In this document: positions 24,947 to 44,148 of the stretch, piece by piece | Position numbering within the stretch: position 1 is the first letter of the stretch | Layout: each line of letters begins with the position of its first letter | Assembly: GCA_000708835.1 (NCBI GenBank) | Contig: DF237150.1 | Coordinates: forward strand, 61,528-125,527 | Length of the DNA: 64,000 nt | Source: Klebsormidium nitens | Taxonomy: Eukaryota > Plantae > Klebsormidiophyceae | Direction: 5' to 3' | Notes under the pieces: generated by a model | What the model saw: only the letters and a program-made list of their open reading frames with translations | The model's database searches: none | Told to the model about the DNA's origin: nothing | Program-made: the position numbers and the translations under genes

Positions 24947-27900
24947 ATGGCATGGGGAAGACCATTGCTGCAGAGGCTGGCCCTGCTGGCTCTCTGTTTT
25001 TTTGCAGACCTGTTTCTAGCCTTTCTTCTTGGCAGCGAAGCTTGGCCTATCCCGATGCTCCTCGTTTACAAGGTTCTTAGCATGTTGGACCTGCAAGTCG
25101 ACCAGAACATTCTGCACGTTGTAGATTGGTACCTGTACGGGCAAGCCGTGGCGACACTTCTTTTCGCTCTCTGTTGGCTGCGCATGGCACTGTTGCTCGT
25201 CTTCATCGTTCCATTCTCTCGCTTCGTAAAAGGCAAACTTTGGCGCGTAGTCATAGGAGCAGTGGGCTTCTTCTACCTAGGAAACACAGGCGAGCGCACG
25301 AGCTTCATGACCAAGTGGATCGCCTTAGGACTACAACACAAGGGTCGCTTCGACCCTGCTCTCCTTGGCACGCTGCTGGTTCGCTTGTGTGCATGCCGCA
25401 TCAAGAAAGCCAAGCCAGTCCTGACTCCTCTTGCAATATCTGCTTGGGTCTGCTCGGTGCTCCATCTGTTCGCTAAGGGGTACATAAGCACAGGCATTTG
25501 GGGAGACAGGTGAGGACGAGCTGCTTTGCAAGAAGTGGCAAGGAAACTCGGCGGTGCTGAAAAAGAGTCTCCTTCTGGACGCTCCCTGCCCTGAAGCATA
25601 TAGCAGAGACGTCACACAGCAGCTTTGACAGTCCCTATTATTGTCTCTTGTTATTATAGTATCATCCGAATGGCTCTTGTGATAACCACGGTTACCTAGC
25701 AAACTCGCTCAGCGAAGTTACCGGCAGGAGGTTAAAACCAAGGGAATTTTACAAAAAGAAGTGAAGACAATCGCAGAATGCCCTCTTCTTGAAGATTGGG
25801 CCGACGTAAGGCCTGGCTTACAGTTGCTTTAAGTCAGGACCTGTCTGCTTTTGGGATGCATCTTCAATGCAGTGTATCGATACTGATCAATTGCGTCTTT
25901 CTTCGGTTATCTTCCATGAAAGTTTTCTAAGATAGCTGCCTCTTTCCACGGTGTGCGCACTCAACATACTGGTTCAACCTACCTGCGACAGTGTGAAGCT
26001 ACTCTTCAAAGTCCTCTTTCTGGCAGTTTCCCAAAAACTAGAGCGTTTCTTAAAAGCATGAATCTCTGCTTGAGGATTATACGTTCTTTTGTAGTACCCG
26101 TAGCAGTCGCTTGTCTTCGGTCAATCGAACTGAGTGACGAAAATAGGAGAAGTTTTCATTCTACAAATAATGTCGTCCTCGCTTTCGGCAAATCAGGCAC
26201 CCTTCTCAGACACGACAGGATAAGAAGGTAAACTGAACATGAAGTTGGTAATGCAGGCAACTCAGGCTCGCTGGTGAATTCCTTTGGACGAGTCTCACAT
26301 TCGCTCGGCTGTACTCCATAACGATGGGCACGGTCATCGACCTCGCCTGCGTCTGGCCCAACGGCCGCACTTGGATTGCAGAAAGAGTGGAGCAGGAGAA
26401 GCGTAAGGTTGCTGAAAATCACTTGGACTGGTGAGCAGAGTAGTCCTGTAACTCGGATCAAGGTCCGTACAAAGCTAACAGAATATGCTTGAGTCAATGC
26501 CTCCTTTTACTTGTTGAAAGTAGCTGCCCCGAACTGGACGCAATTGAATTCAAAATGAGTCGGTGAACGAGACTTTCCTAAGGACCAGTGCTACGTGTTC
26601 AGTGTGCCAGGATGTGAGAAGCGTCGATCCTTAGCCTGCTTTAGGGTCTCCTCCCCTAATGACGGCAGTAATTGTCTTCATGTGAACCTGGACCCATAAT
26701 CTTCGACGTCAATACCCCTTGAAAGATTGGTGTCTTGAATTGCTCCGTAAAGGGGACTGTTCGCTTAACCTGCATCGGTTGTCAAAGGAGGATCTCAGAC
26801 ACCTTTTGAAGAATGAAGGGTCGCATGAAGCGGAAATGTTCTTAAAATTCTCTCATCCGTTCGAAGTTGTTCGAGAGTTCGGTCAGTCTTCTCCACCGTT
26901 GCGTCCAGCTACGTTCGGGCTGATAGAACCGGCCAAGCCCCCTGTTTCGAGCACAAGGCCGACGACACCGCCGACTTGGAGTTCTTATGCTCAGTACGGG
27001 TTCCTTTGGAATTGTTCCCGACGCACTCCATCAAAGAAGCCTTGATAGCCGCCGCACTTGGGGGCGAAGTCATCAGCGGTACACCAATCAACAAGGAGAC
27101 GGCAGTAGAGGCGTTAGCACATCTGAGCTTCTTGAAGAGTCTCGATCTGAAATCATCAGAGCGCTCGTGTCTGGCTCGTCAGCTCGTAAAGCAGTGTCGG
27201 GGCACCGTTGAGAAGCGACACGTGGCGGCTGCGAAAACAGTCAACGTGGACGAGCTGAAGGTGGGCCTCGAAGGCCTGGCGAATCTGGCAAGAGACGACC
27301 CGGGTAAGGGCTTGCATGCTCGAAACAGCCTCTTAAGATGCTGCTGAAAGTGTTGCTCATCGATTATCTACAAGGAAGATGGTCGAGGCGTTCTACTGTT
27401 CTGCTGAGACCTCTAATTCGAACTTTTGCTATTTTTTGAGCAGCCGAGATCATTAGATCAAAGCGCTGTCAAAGGCTGGTTGAACGGATGCCGTTTTCCA
27501 AATCAAGCAAGCTTTAGAAGCGCTCAGAATGCCCATTGAGTCTCCAAGCTTTTTCTACTCGTGCATTGGTGAAACCTCGCTTGACTGAATGAGTCTCAAA
27601 AGATGGGTATCGGATGATTATGAGCTGCTTCTCGAAGGTTCCTCTCAAGAGATGACGAGCGGACATTCGAGCCCGCGAACAGCTTACAGGAACTCAAAAT
27701 AATCTTCGGTCGTGCAGTCATTGGCTCGCTCCTGAAAAGCGAGCGCCTCTTCTCCATCCTCGCGCGTATCGCAGACCCGCCCGCGCCTCTTGCGGCCAGC
27801 TTATTGAAGGAGGCCGGCAAGGAAGTCCAGGACTTCGAGGAGATCTTCGAGAAAAGTGACACCGGGTATGCAGAGAGGGACCTTCCGAAAAGACGCCAAG

Positions 27901-30067
27901 AGCTTAGGGAGTCTACAGATTGGAGGCCGGCTCGCAACCAGATTCAGACAAGGATGATTCATCTGGCTGAGTTGCCCTCAGAGTTTCAGAGGCGTTCAAC
28001 GGTCAACTTCATACGTGACTCGGAGATATCGGCGCGCTTAGCGCTTCTACTGACCTGGCACACGTTTTGCAATAAACACGTGGCGTTTCAACCGCCGGGG
28101 CATGCGGCCACGTCATACTGCGACCCAAGGTTCTGGCTCGGGGTGTGGTACCGGTTGCTTACAGCAGCACTGCGCCTCATCAGCAGTCTGAGCACAGAAT
28201 CCTCTAACCATGAGTGGCTGCTGGAGCAAGGGGCGCTGCAAGCCGTGAAGCAGAGTCTTCAGTTCCTGCCGGCGGACAGAATGCGGAGCGGGCACCAAGA
28301 GGCGGCGCTCTTCGTCTACCGGCTATTCGAGAACCGCGCGTAAGCAACCGCCGCTTGCTTTACCCGGATCTGCAAGTCCCTCAAAAATTCTTCGAAGATC
28401 CTCATTCGGGTTTCACGTCGGGGGACAGGTCCTGGTGTGTGACGTGAAGACAATTGCACAGCGACTCTTATGGTCTGCTTCTTTAGCAAACGAGTATCGA
28501 TCATGTGTGCTTTTGCGCACGAACTTTGTTCCAGATGCTCTGATCAGGCCAACAAATTCGCTGACTTTGAAACGGCTCGATTGGCACACCTGGGTTATGT
28601 TCATGAGAAAAAGTCTTCTTGCTCATCCTTCTGCAGATTGCTGGTACTTCCAAAGAGGTGATACTTTCTGGAGTCACGAAGCCCAAAGATGATCAACTTC
28701 ATCACCCACTCCTCCCTGACCCATTTTGTTTCTGCTTGAATCCGCAGGGTTCATAGGATCATCAGCGGATCTTCACTTTTCACGGGGCTTCTTTGCGAGA
28801 TCGTGGCCAAGCTTGTCTCATCGACAGCGATCTTTTCGGCGAAGGTTGGGGGCAGCGGATAGGGAGTCAGCTGTTCCAAAAGCTTCTCCAGGCAGCGGAG
28901 GGTAAGACATGACAAAGACAGAAGTGAGAAGCCGAGTGCAAACCGCATGCAGTCAACATAGAGCCTCGTAGCTGGGCATGAGGAGATTGTGAAACTCGGT
29001 TAGGCAGATAGCAGATACGAACCGAGTCTCCAGCACTCGAGAGGCTTAGGATTGAATCAGCTTCGTGGGGATTGGCACCTTAACCAAGTTTGGAATTTGT
29101 CAACGGTACCTGAACAACACACGTGGCGACTGCGTCAAAGCCCAACGGAAGAACTCTCAGCTCGTTTTCACATCCTTCCGAACATTACAGTACACATCTG
29201 CGAGCTTTTGCTGTTCAGGTCGTCACAGCTTGGAGGATCTCAGTACTACCCGAATATTTTCTTTTTGTGAGAAGGCTCCGTTCTCCAGGAATGATCTAGG
29301 GAGCTTCTTGACTGATACTCCTTTCTTGTCAGATACGGACGCCGGATGTGCGCCGGAAGCCGCCTCTAGCTCACCGCCTTCCCCGATTGCCAGCCCGGCG
29401 AGCGATGCTCGGCAAAGGAAAGCCAGCCGGCGAAAGGTACGAGCGCGAAGCTGTCTACTACCATCAACTGATCAATGCATATACTGCCAAATGAGACGAT
29501 TCGGTTTTCGAGGTCTTCGACCGTCTTTCATTTCTGAGACTTCTTGCACGGCGCATTGTTGCGGACTAGGTTTCGTAGCTGGACATCCTGTGCGAAAAAG
29601 ATCAAAAGGAAAAGTATGCTTTATTACGCGACAGATTGCGAGCGCGCTCAAGTATTCCAGCTTGATATGATTGTTTCGGCCTAAAGATCGGAGGGGTCTG
29701 CTGGCTACAGATGCTCCAAAAATGGCAGTCAAATCGCCTATTCTGGTACAATCTTTGACGACTGAAGGACGTTCTCCAGAAGCAGAAGTTCTCTAGACTT
29801 CGACTTAGAGACTTTTCCAAACTCATGAACCCAGTTTGCTCGCTCATTGGCCAGCTCTCGTTCAACTAGAGCGGACGGATCCCAGCCGCTCTCTATTAAG
29901 GGGTCGGTTCTTCCTTCGTGCAGACGTGTGCACGAGACGGCTGCAACGTGGAGGGTGAATCGGACGCAAAGTTGAAGATCTGTGCAGGCTGTAGAAAGGC
30001 TCGCTACTGCTCAAGAGAGTGCCAAAAAGCGGACTACCCTAACCATAAAATCGTTTGCAAGCCGTAA
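24947..30067 (+). pseudogene. Copy 4 of membrane/MYND family; 1-nt deletion in exon 5
   Basis: Exons 24947-25509, 26257-26430, 26909-27303, 27718-28339, 28748-28901, 29333-29436, 29924-30067 (TCARDGC..CAGCRKARYCSRECQKADYPNHKIVC). Exon 5 is 154 nt versus 155 in copies 2 and 3. Confidence 0.75.
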
Positions 30068-31528
30068 GCGAGCAGCAGTCACTATATCAAGCAAGCTACA
30101 TATTAACATGTAAACTTTTAGCCATGCACATAAGGCAACGAACAGGTAGACATTCAGCCGGGTCTTCATTGTACCTTCCACCGACGGCACATTCAACACG
30201 TATGCGACGTGCCCGAAATAGAGTAACTCACAGTGCTAGAAAGAACAAAAGCTTGAAAAGACCTTGTACAGTCACATCGTGATGAAAAGACAAAACGCTC
30301 TCATATGGTGTTTCTTCTCAGAGGAAGTCGACGACTTAGGTTTCAAACCACCGGTCCGGTGCACCGAGAGATAGCAAGAGGAACACCCGATCACATGGTG
30401 TACTTGAATCAGCTGGGAGCAAACAGGCCATGGAGTGACCATGAAAAGTATACAGATCTTGATCCGCGAACAAGATTATCAATTGTAGGCTGGTTGTGGA
30501 GCCACATACCCTACTTCATGAGCAGGTATACAAACCGTTCTACGGAGTGCCCCAAGTGCGCCTCGATTGCCATCATATCTTCCACAATTGCTTGCCAGAA
30601 GTGAGACACTGGCACGACCGTCAAGCACGTGTTCCAATTCTATTGTGGACTCCACTTGAAGTGTTCATGGTTCATGACACGTTGACATGCATCAAAAGGC
30701 CGGCTTGCAGTGCATGTATCACCGGACTTAGTATAGCTCAGCTGGAACCCGGCCCTCGCGCTATGGTGGCGACGGTCTGCTTCACTAGCTGCTATGCTAA
30801 ACGTTGCAGCAATGATGGCATGCTTGAATCTAATTCATTGCGTTATCGATCCGCGGACTGAGTGACATTATATGGTACGGTAGTACCATTCTGATTCGGG
30901 CGGAGTTCATAAAAAGTCGGTCAGCCGCGCGGCCATTCATGGGAACGTGCAACTTCGTTATGGCCTAGCTCGACATACTTAGCTTTGATCCAATAAGAGC
31001 TATGTATAGCCCAAGGATTTACCGTCCCGCTAGTTGGGCTCTGGCCCGCTTGACGTGCATGTGTATGTGCAAGTAACACGTTGAGAGGAGCTGCTTGACG
31101 ATGGAGCTTCGAGGCTTTTGAAAGCACGAGGGTGCGCTGAGTTCTAATGGCGCCAAGAACGGCAATGCTAGGCGTGGCAGGATCAGGCATGTTTCCCTCT
31201 GACATCAATGTACAATACAGCGCTGAACTTAGGGTATATCGCCAATACGAGATTTTCGTGCGAGTTACAGCTTATAGCACGGACGGCATGTCTGAGAAGC
31301 ATCCGCTCGCTGATGGAGGCTGAGCTATATCAGCTCGCAAGAAAATACAACCGTCCACGAAAGCAGCTGTAAGATCCTGTCAACAGGACTTCAACGCAGT
31401 GTTTTGATACACTGAAATTACTCAACCTCACTTTCCAATCACCTTGGGCCACACAGCCCGCAAACACTCGCTGCAAGAACGCAAAGATCCAGTCTCTACT
31501 GGCCCTACCAAGATGTGACGCTGGAATG

Positions 31529-34500
31529 TTAGATATAGAAGTCACCTTGTCTACTACCTGCTTTCAAGTCCTTCAACTTTTTCAAGATCTGACCGTAGTA
31601 CTCTTGGAGATACCTGGAAGCAAGAAAGAAGGGTCAGCTCTGAAGCAATGGTCCGAAGCCTCTTGAGAAGCATATGACAACTCGGTTCAGATATCAAATG
31701 GCACTCGACCAATCAATCAATACGAGGCCTGAGCTTCGTCGCCCAATCACAACCACAGCAAAGGCAAGCGGCAGGAAACCAAGGAGAAATCTGATGATAG
31801 GCGAGGAGCTACAATCCCTGAGAGGGTTGGCTCACTTTTCTAGAGTGGTCGTCTCGAGTGGGTCGACTCCTAGGGCCTTGAATGTCTCGGTCATCGGGGC
31901 CGAGAAGACGGTATCACTCGTCAATACCTGCGCCAACAAAGTCTGTTCAGCTGCTTCCTTAATAGCAGCCTCTACAGCGCCCGACGAGTAAGCCCGACCT
32001 TCTTGTGTCACCCCAGCGGGTCTTAGAGCGTGACTACGCCGTCGACGTGGCCAGAACTGCTCCGAGGCCCTGCTCAGCGCCAATCGGGACGATCAAAACG
32101 AACTGTGTTGGACTCTGGGAGAACCATCTACTTTCATCCGCCGCTGAGCAGCTTAGATTGCCAGCCATGCAGATGCTCAACCTGAAAATATTCTCTCAAA
32201 CCTGGTCGGTCGATGGCTTCCGAAGCAGCCGCCAGACAAGCTACAAAACAACCACAACAGCAGCGTCCACAACAGCAACGTGCGGTCTACTACGTGTTTG
32301 GATCCCTGTATGCATATCCGGTCTGCTGATGAGAACGACATATGTCATTTAAGTGGACAGAGCCCCGCTCCATCCTGCCCCGATCTCGTGGTGTTTGAAG
32401 CGCCCTTACCAGCAGAACGGACTCACTTCGTCAAATAGCCCGGTTTCCCTATTCCGCAAGTCCATTCTTGTTGCATAAAGCCCACACCTCAACAGCAGGC
32501 CAGAACTACCAATGCTCTACTCCTCAACTTCCTTCGGAAGCATGAAACACTTCCCAACCGCCATGAGATCAAGCAACGTGGCGCAACATCGAGACAAATA
32601 AAGTGTGGCGGTCCGTACCTCTGAGAAGGCAAGCCGGTCCGCCGCGTCGGTGGTCCACTGGAAGAGGCGCGTGATCGCGCGCGTCACCCGCAGGATCCCC
32701 AGCGGCACCGTTGTCACCTTCGCATCCTGCCCGGCGAACCGCTCGCACAGCGCAATGATCTGCAGAGGGTCGGATTTTATCTAGCTTGACCATTCCTTAT
32801 TTCGTATACCAACATGCGAAAGAACGGAGGGCAATTTCTTATGAACAATCTTGGCGTCCTGCCCCAGGCGAGCAGCTCACACGGCGTGATGATCTGCACG
32901 AAGGGCAATGTTGCTTTGCAGCTCGTCTTCTTCCTTCAAAGGACCGTAATGATGCATTCAACTGAGCGTTACATTTGATTATGCACAAACTTCCGGCGTT
33001 GAGCTCACACAGCGCGCTACTCTCCACGAAACCTGGTATTCCTGTCAATCGTGAGATTTCGTTCTCCTAATACCCTTTTCGTCAGCTCGAGCAAGTGACT
33101 ATTCACAATGATTCCATTCCATTGATGAGAATGGAAAGCGTCACCCGACGATGTCTCTGAAACACAGCCGCAAAAGTCCCGACGACCATCCGATTCAATA
33201 TACACCGATCACCAAAAGCCTGAAGCCCCGGAACTCAGAGCACCCTGAAAATGGGAGCGCTTACCTCCTGGGTGGTGAAGGCGCGGGGCCCTGCTAGCGT
33301 GGCAACCTGCTTCTCGAACTTCTCGGATCGAAGCGCAGCGAGCGTCCACTTGGCAACATCCTGCACGATAAGAGATTGCAAACCGTTGGTGCACTTATCT
33401 TGCGCATGCTCGCCCTGGCAAGGCCGCTTCTTCCAGAAAAGAGAATCTGTGGGGTACCGGACAAAGAAGAAAGTGCAGAATCTCATGAAGACAGGTGCAA
33501 CGGCTGTTTACTAATGTAGAGAACCAAGATGTCCGTTGAATCGACGAAGCATTCATGCCTTGCCTTCCCGTTCATCAGCCAACTCTGTGACAGGAGGTTT
33601 ACCTGAGCGTCTGTGTACGCAATTCTAGTAGGAGCGTCTGTGCCCCACACAGCCTTCTCCTCGAGAACTGGCACGGCATACTGGCTGATCAGGCCCTGGA
33701 AGATGCAAGATATAAAACGTGTCAGCTAAACAGCTTTCTGCGATGGCGTTGGGCTATTTTTATTTGTCGACGTTGTTGCAGGTGAGCATTCAAGTTACAA
33801 AATTGTGCAGGATTTACTCCGCCTTTGGTTGAGATCGCAGATCGAAAGGAAGCTGAATGAAAGATGTCCCGAACTTGGATTCAAAATAGAACCAACGGAG
33901 CTGACCAAACCCAAATGACGATTGTAAAGTCACAGCTGCGAGATGCCTTCTTGCCGTTTGACGAGTGAGTTGCAGAATCGAGACTTTCAATCTCTGTACA
34001 AGCACGTCAAAGTTGCTGTTGTCCTTGAGCAGCGCATCTTCTACCAAGTCCAGCTGAATAACTGCTGGGAATCTTCAACTCTAGCAAACCGGGGGAGGAA
34101 CGTAAGCCCGGCTTACGCTTATCATCACTCACGAAAAATCAGGTCCGCAAGCAGACCCCTGTCCATTGATGGGTAGCACCAAGCATAGACAGCAACAAGG
34201 GCAACAGCTAAGCCAGTTTCTCATTTTTCCATCATTCTCCAATCCCTACCTGCATGAAACCGCAGAGGCGGAGGACGGTGTAGTCGAGGCCCGAGTCCGC
34301 GAGGTAGGCCTCGGTGCAGCGCTTGATCTCCATGAGCGGCACCTCGGGGTGCTTGTCGCAGTTGTGGATGGAGAAGAACACGTACCGCTGGATGCCCAAC
34401 GCCTTGGCGCACTGGATCAGGGCGACCTTGCCATCCCAGTCCACCTGGAAAAAGAAGCGGAATCTCGGATTGGATAAGTGAAATGGAAGGGACGAGGTGC

Positions 34501-37036
34501 TCCCCTTTTTACGGGGAGCAGCAGGGACCCAGCCAAGTGACTAGTTAACCTTTCCATAGAATTTGGCAGCGAGACATGAAGGGGGATCTGCACGCGCGGA
34601 CTTTGCTAACGGCCCCAAGGAGAAAAGCAGAGTAAACGACATAATTGAAGAGAGCGGTTCCGCCGGATGTGGAGTACATGAGTTGTTGGGCCTTCAGAGA
34701 CTATCTGCCACCATAGTCCACCTGGTAACGAGGCCTCTATATCAGATGGATGACAGGACAGGGCTCAGTGCAGGCGCAGGAAAATGTCAGTCCTCTCTGA
34801 ACTGCCATATCAAGACAGTAAACCTGCTCAATACGAAACAAGGGGGACCTGTTTGCCTGATCCAACCGCACTCAACAGGGTTCCATACTGGACGTCAACT
34901 CCAGCAAAAATGCGGGACTCCGGCGCAGAGTGCAAAAATCTTCTCATGACTTCCGGGTCATGGTACACCAAAAGAACAATCCAACTCTTCCGCACCTTTC
35001 TGATAGGCTCCTCTGGCCGCCCCGTTGCGCAATCAATGACGGTGTGGATACCGACCAGGGCCGCCGGCAGGCTCTCGGGCTTTGTAAGGTCGCCCTGTAA
35101 AACACGGCCAAGCTCGTCAGTCCAATTTTCGCTCCTGACTTGTGCGCGAGGAAGCAATGTAGCTTGCAGTCGCATCGAATTGACTATCATGAAGTTCAGT
35201 AGAAAGGGACCACCCGGGCCTGATCACTTTTCTCCAAAAGGAGAAGCGCAAATGAAGCCGTGAACATTGTTACAAAGCCTCAAGGCAAATGTGAGCCGCA
35301 TGTTTGGCCAGCCGGTCATGTCCAGGTCTGCTTCTCCTTTGCAGCATTTGACACCGTCCATTTTGGAAGCAAGCTGCTGGAGCTGACTGATGCAGCAACC
35401 TCCAGGTTACCGCCCCTTGACAAACTTCCTCTTAACCCCAAGGTCTGCACAGGGCTTATCAGGCCCAGGTTAACAGAAGAGCGTGCTTGAATGCCTTCAA
35501 TGACTATGATCGTAAACTAGACACAATTTGATAACTGCCCTGCACAGAAACCAATGAATATACCAGTAAGCTTTTGCCAGAGTGAGCTTCTTACCTGCAC
35601 CGTCGTTGCCCCCCACTCCCTGAGGAACTCTGCAGACACCGGCCTGGGCCGCACAAGGCACCTGACATCGTAGCCCTCGTCGAGCGCCCTCCGAACAATC
35701 TGCCGCCCCAAGGTGCCGGTGGCACCAACAACTAGGATGCTCGTGTTTCTGACCGGAGTGCCGGACATGACAGCAGCAGTGGAAGCGGCTGCGCATTGAA
35801 CTGCACAAGCGACGACGTTCTTAGATTAGGTCGGTGAGTGGCAGCAACATCTGCCCTAAGAAATGTGCACGTGCGAAGAGTCTGTTTAACGGTCGCGATA
35901 GCAAGAATGCCACCACTGCTAATATTCACTGTTGAACTAGGGCCGTGATCCAGTTCGTGTCTTGCCAAAGGGGTCTAAGACAATTCCAGAGCTTGTACCT
36001 AGTCACTTTACAGTGGGTGCTATTTGGACAGAGATGCAACGAACCCTAGATGGAAGCGTGGACAGCTTTTCAGAGCATCAAGCATGATTTCCCCAAGACT
36101 TTATGATACTTTGATCTATAGAAGATCACCGACCCTGACCAAAGCCTCGCCCTGCCTAAAACGGAGCCGCCTGTGCAGTAAGTAAGCAAGCTCCACTGCA
36201 TTGCGACGCTTTCGATTTGCGCTTGCACTTAACAAGGTCTGAGAAGCTCAGAGAGAGCAAAGAAAAAGCAGAACCAGTGAAAATCCTGCCGAGGGACAGC
36301 AGTTATGGCCAACTTTGCCAACTTGAAGGACTTGTTCAGAAGCTTGCTGGCAGCTGAATAGTGGAACAGAGTGCAGATCCGAATGGTCACAGAGAACCAA
36401 GTTGCCAATGCAGCATGCTCAGTCAAACACTCCATCAACTTCCAGCTCAATCTTCACATCTTACTGGACGGGATGCAGGTTTGGATGTCACTTCAGATTT
36501 TCATGAGCAATACAAAACCATATGGATAAGAGTGTCAGGTGCTTTTCCTCTCAACCAGCAGTTCAACTGGATGCTGCTAGACCACTTCCACTTCAAAGTT
36601 CAAACACCGGAAAGCAAACCCTCACAATGCAGGTCAGATCCCAAAGTCTCATTCTCACACCCTCTTTGCCTTGCATCCATTCAGTGTTGGAGCTACCAAT
36701 AACTGAAGCTGGTAGCGAGTCGCATACTCTTCTCAAAATACAGCATTCTTCGAAGACCGGGTAAATTCAAGCAGATACCTTCCGCTGGAGCTCACCTTTC
36801 CTAGCGTCGCTCACTTTTCCCACTCGTGCTTGTTGAGGCACTGCCATATCATTCCTAAACTGGCCATGCTTAGCAGCGGGAGCCCCCAAGAAGGCACTCC
36901 GGCCAACCGCCTCTGATTTAACAGGCTTCGGCAGGGCGGCAAAACTTTCCTGGTGCCTTGTTGTGCGCTGCGAAGTTAGGCCAAGGCTTGCTCCCGTTTG
37001 CAGCGAGCATCTGCACGCATGCATTGTCGCGGCCAT
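31529..37036 (-). CDS. HCF244: HCF244/Ycf39 atypical short-chain dehydrogenase (NmrA-like), PSII assembly factor, with plastid transit peptide (9 exons)
   Basis: Exons (minus) 37036-36796, 35800-35595, 35094-34996, 34444-34250, 33695-33603, 33360-33265, 32759-32619, 31927-31836, 31613-31529. Motifs [78 protein letters not shown]. Confidence 0.93.
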
Positions 37037-42685
<5,649 letters not shown>

Positions 42686-43853
42686 AGCTTCGAGCTTAGG
42701 TACTTGTGGGTGTACAAAAGTAGGCCAACATGACTTCATAATGCATATTTTGCAGATTTAACGAGTTGCGATTTGTGCTACACAAGGAAAGCGGATTTCC
42801 AACACTTCTTATAAAGATGCCTTCACATTTTCGCCTCAACGGTTTTGATGGCAAGGTAACAAGCACACAAACTCGAGGCAACAAGCACAAAGTTGATGCT
42901 CGTGTTGAGTATTTTGCGTTTATAAGTTTCTTGATGGTGATTGGGTTTATCCGATAGATACAAGCATTGGAATACATGGTGTTGCGGCGATATGCTCAAT
43001 TAGCGCCATGATTTTTAGGTTTGTGGTTCCTATGGAATTGATCTTTTGTTGGGTTGTTGTGCAACATAATCATTGAATGTCGCGACTCACTGCTTTCACA
43101 TGCAATCGTATATCTTTACCAAACTTGCATGCTATACTGTAGCTATTGTTCTGATGCATTATAACATAAAGGCCAGCATGTAGGAGCGTGTACTACCTAT
43201 ATAAGATTGACTGACGTACCATTTTGAACTGTGCTACGTATGCGATGCGGAGTTTCTCGTGGTAACTTCTCAATCATAAACGCCCTTAAAGACACATCAA
43301 GCCATGAAGCCAATCCCCATCAAACCTACGTTTGTTCGTTAACACTAACAGCTTGTCAGAGCTTGCTATGCGACGACAAAGGGATGCTGATTTCATAGAG
43401 CTTCCACTTGCATGCATGCTTGGTTCTTGTCTCAAGTTCGACAAGTTTGTAACACTCGCGCTATCCCACTCCACATGCAAAACAAGATTCGGACATGCAT
43501 GTGCCTAGTGCCAACTCATTGTACCTCTTCGGAGCGTGGCTAGACGGTAGGGAACTCTGGAATATTGACCATTGCGGCAGCATGCCAGCTTGCAACGACA
43601 TGAATGACATCAGTGGTACAGCTTCATCCGACAGGAGTACGTACCTACCTTACCTGGCGGCTTCAAGAACAAGTATTCACCATAATACTATGGTGATTTC
43701 AAACCTGGTGGCCCGTGGGGCTGTCTAAGACGAATCTCGTTGCATGACGCAATCAGCTTCGAAATGACGAAATGGTGATGAAAAAGAGAAAAGCAGGAAG
43801 CTTTCATGTCACTGTCGTCTTTATAGAAGCTAGAGGTGCAATTTGCAAAAGGT

Positions 43854-43926
43854 TTCCGTTGCCGGGATTTGAACCCGGGTCGCGCGGGTGAGAGCCGCGT
43901 ATCCTAACCGACTAGACTACAACGGA
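43854..43926 (-). tRNA. tRNA-Glu(CUC), intronless
   Basis: Reverse complement tccgttgtagtctagtcggttaggatacgcggctCTCacccgcgcgacccgggttcaaatcccggcaacggaa; full cloverleaf, tatatattta and caa upstream, T4 downstream. Confidence 0.96.
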
Positions 43927-44148
43927 TGGATGTGATTGTTGCCGTTTCACTAAATATATATTCAATTAATACTCAATGTCAGTTGCTTTATAGTGTGTCT
44001 GCCAGGCCTGGGCCCTGACCATGCAAATGTAGGTACGACCTTAGCCTTAGGCCTGGTAGGGGCGCCAGCACGTTTCAAAGGCATGCAAGGTCCTTTGCAA
44101 GAGGGCCTGTGACGGCAACACAGCCTCAGGTTCAGCCTACACTCCACC

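Noticed and set aside
184-30067. Idea that the repeated units are transposons or an endogenous virus
   Set aside because: No transposase, reverse transcriptase, integrase, capsid, terminal repeats or target-site duplications were seen; the units have ordinary spliceosomal introns.
30305-30861. Two overlapping ORFs; WSDHEKYTDLDPRT..GWLWSHIPYF faintly recalls the delta-9 desaturase HHxxTD..DP..GFWxSH motif
   Set aside because: The His box is absent, no other desaturase exons are nearby and no coherent splice model was found. A tBLASTx would settle it.
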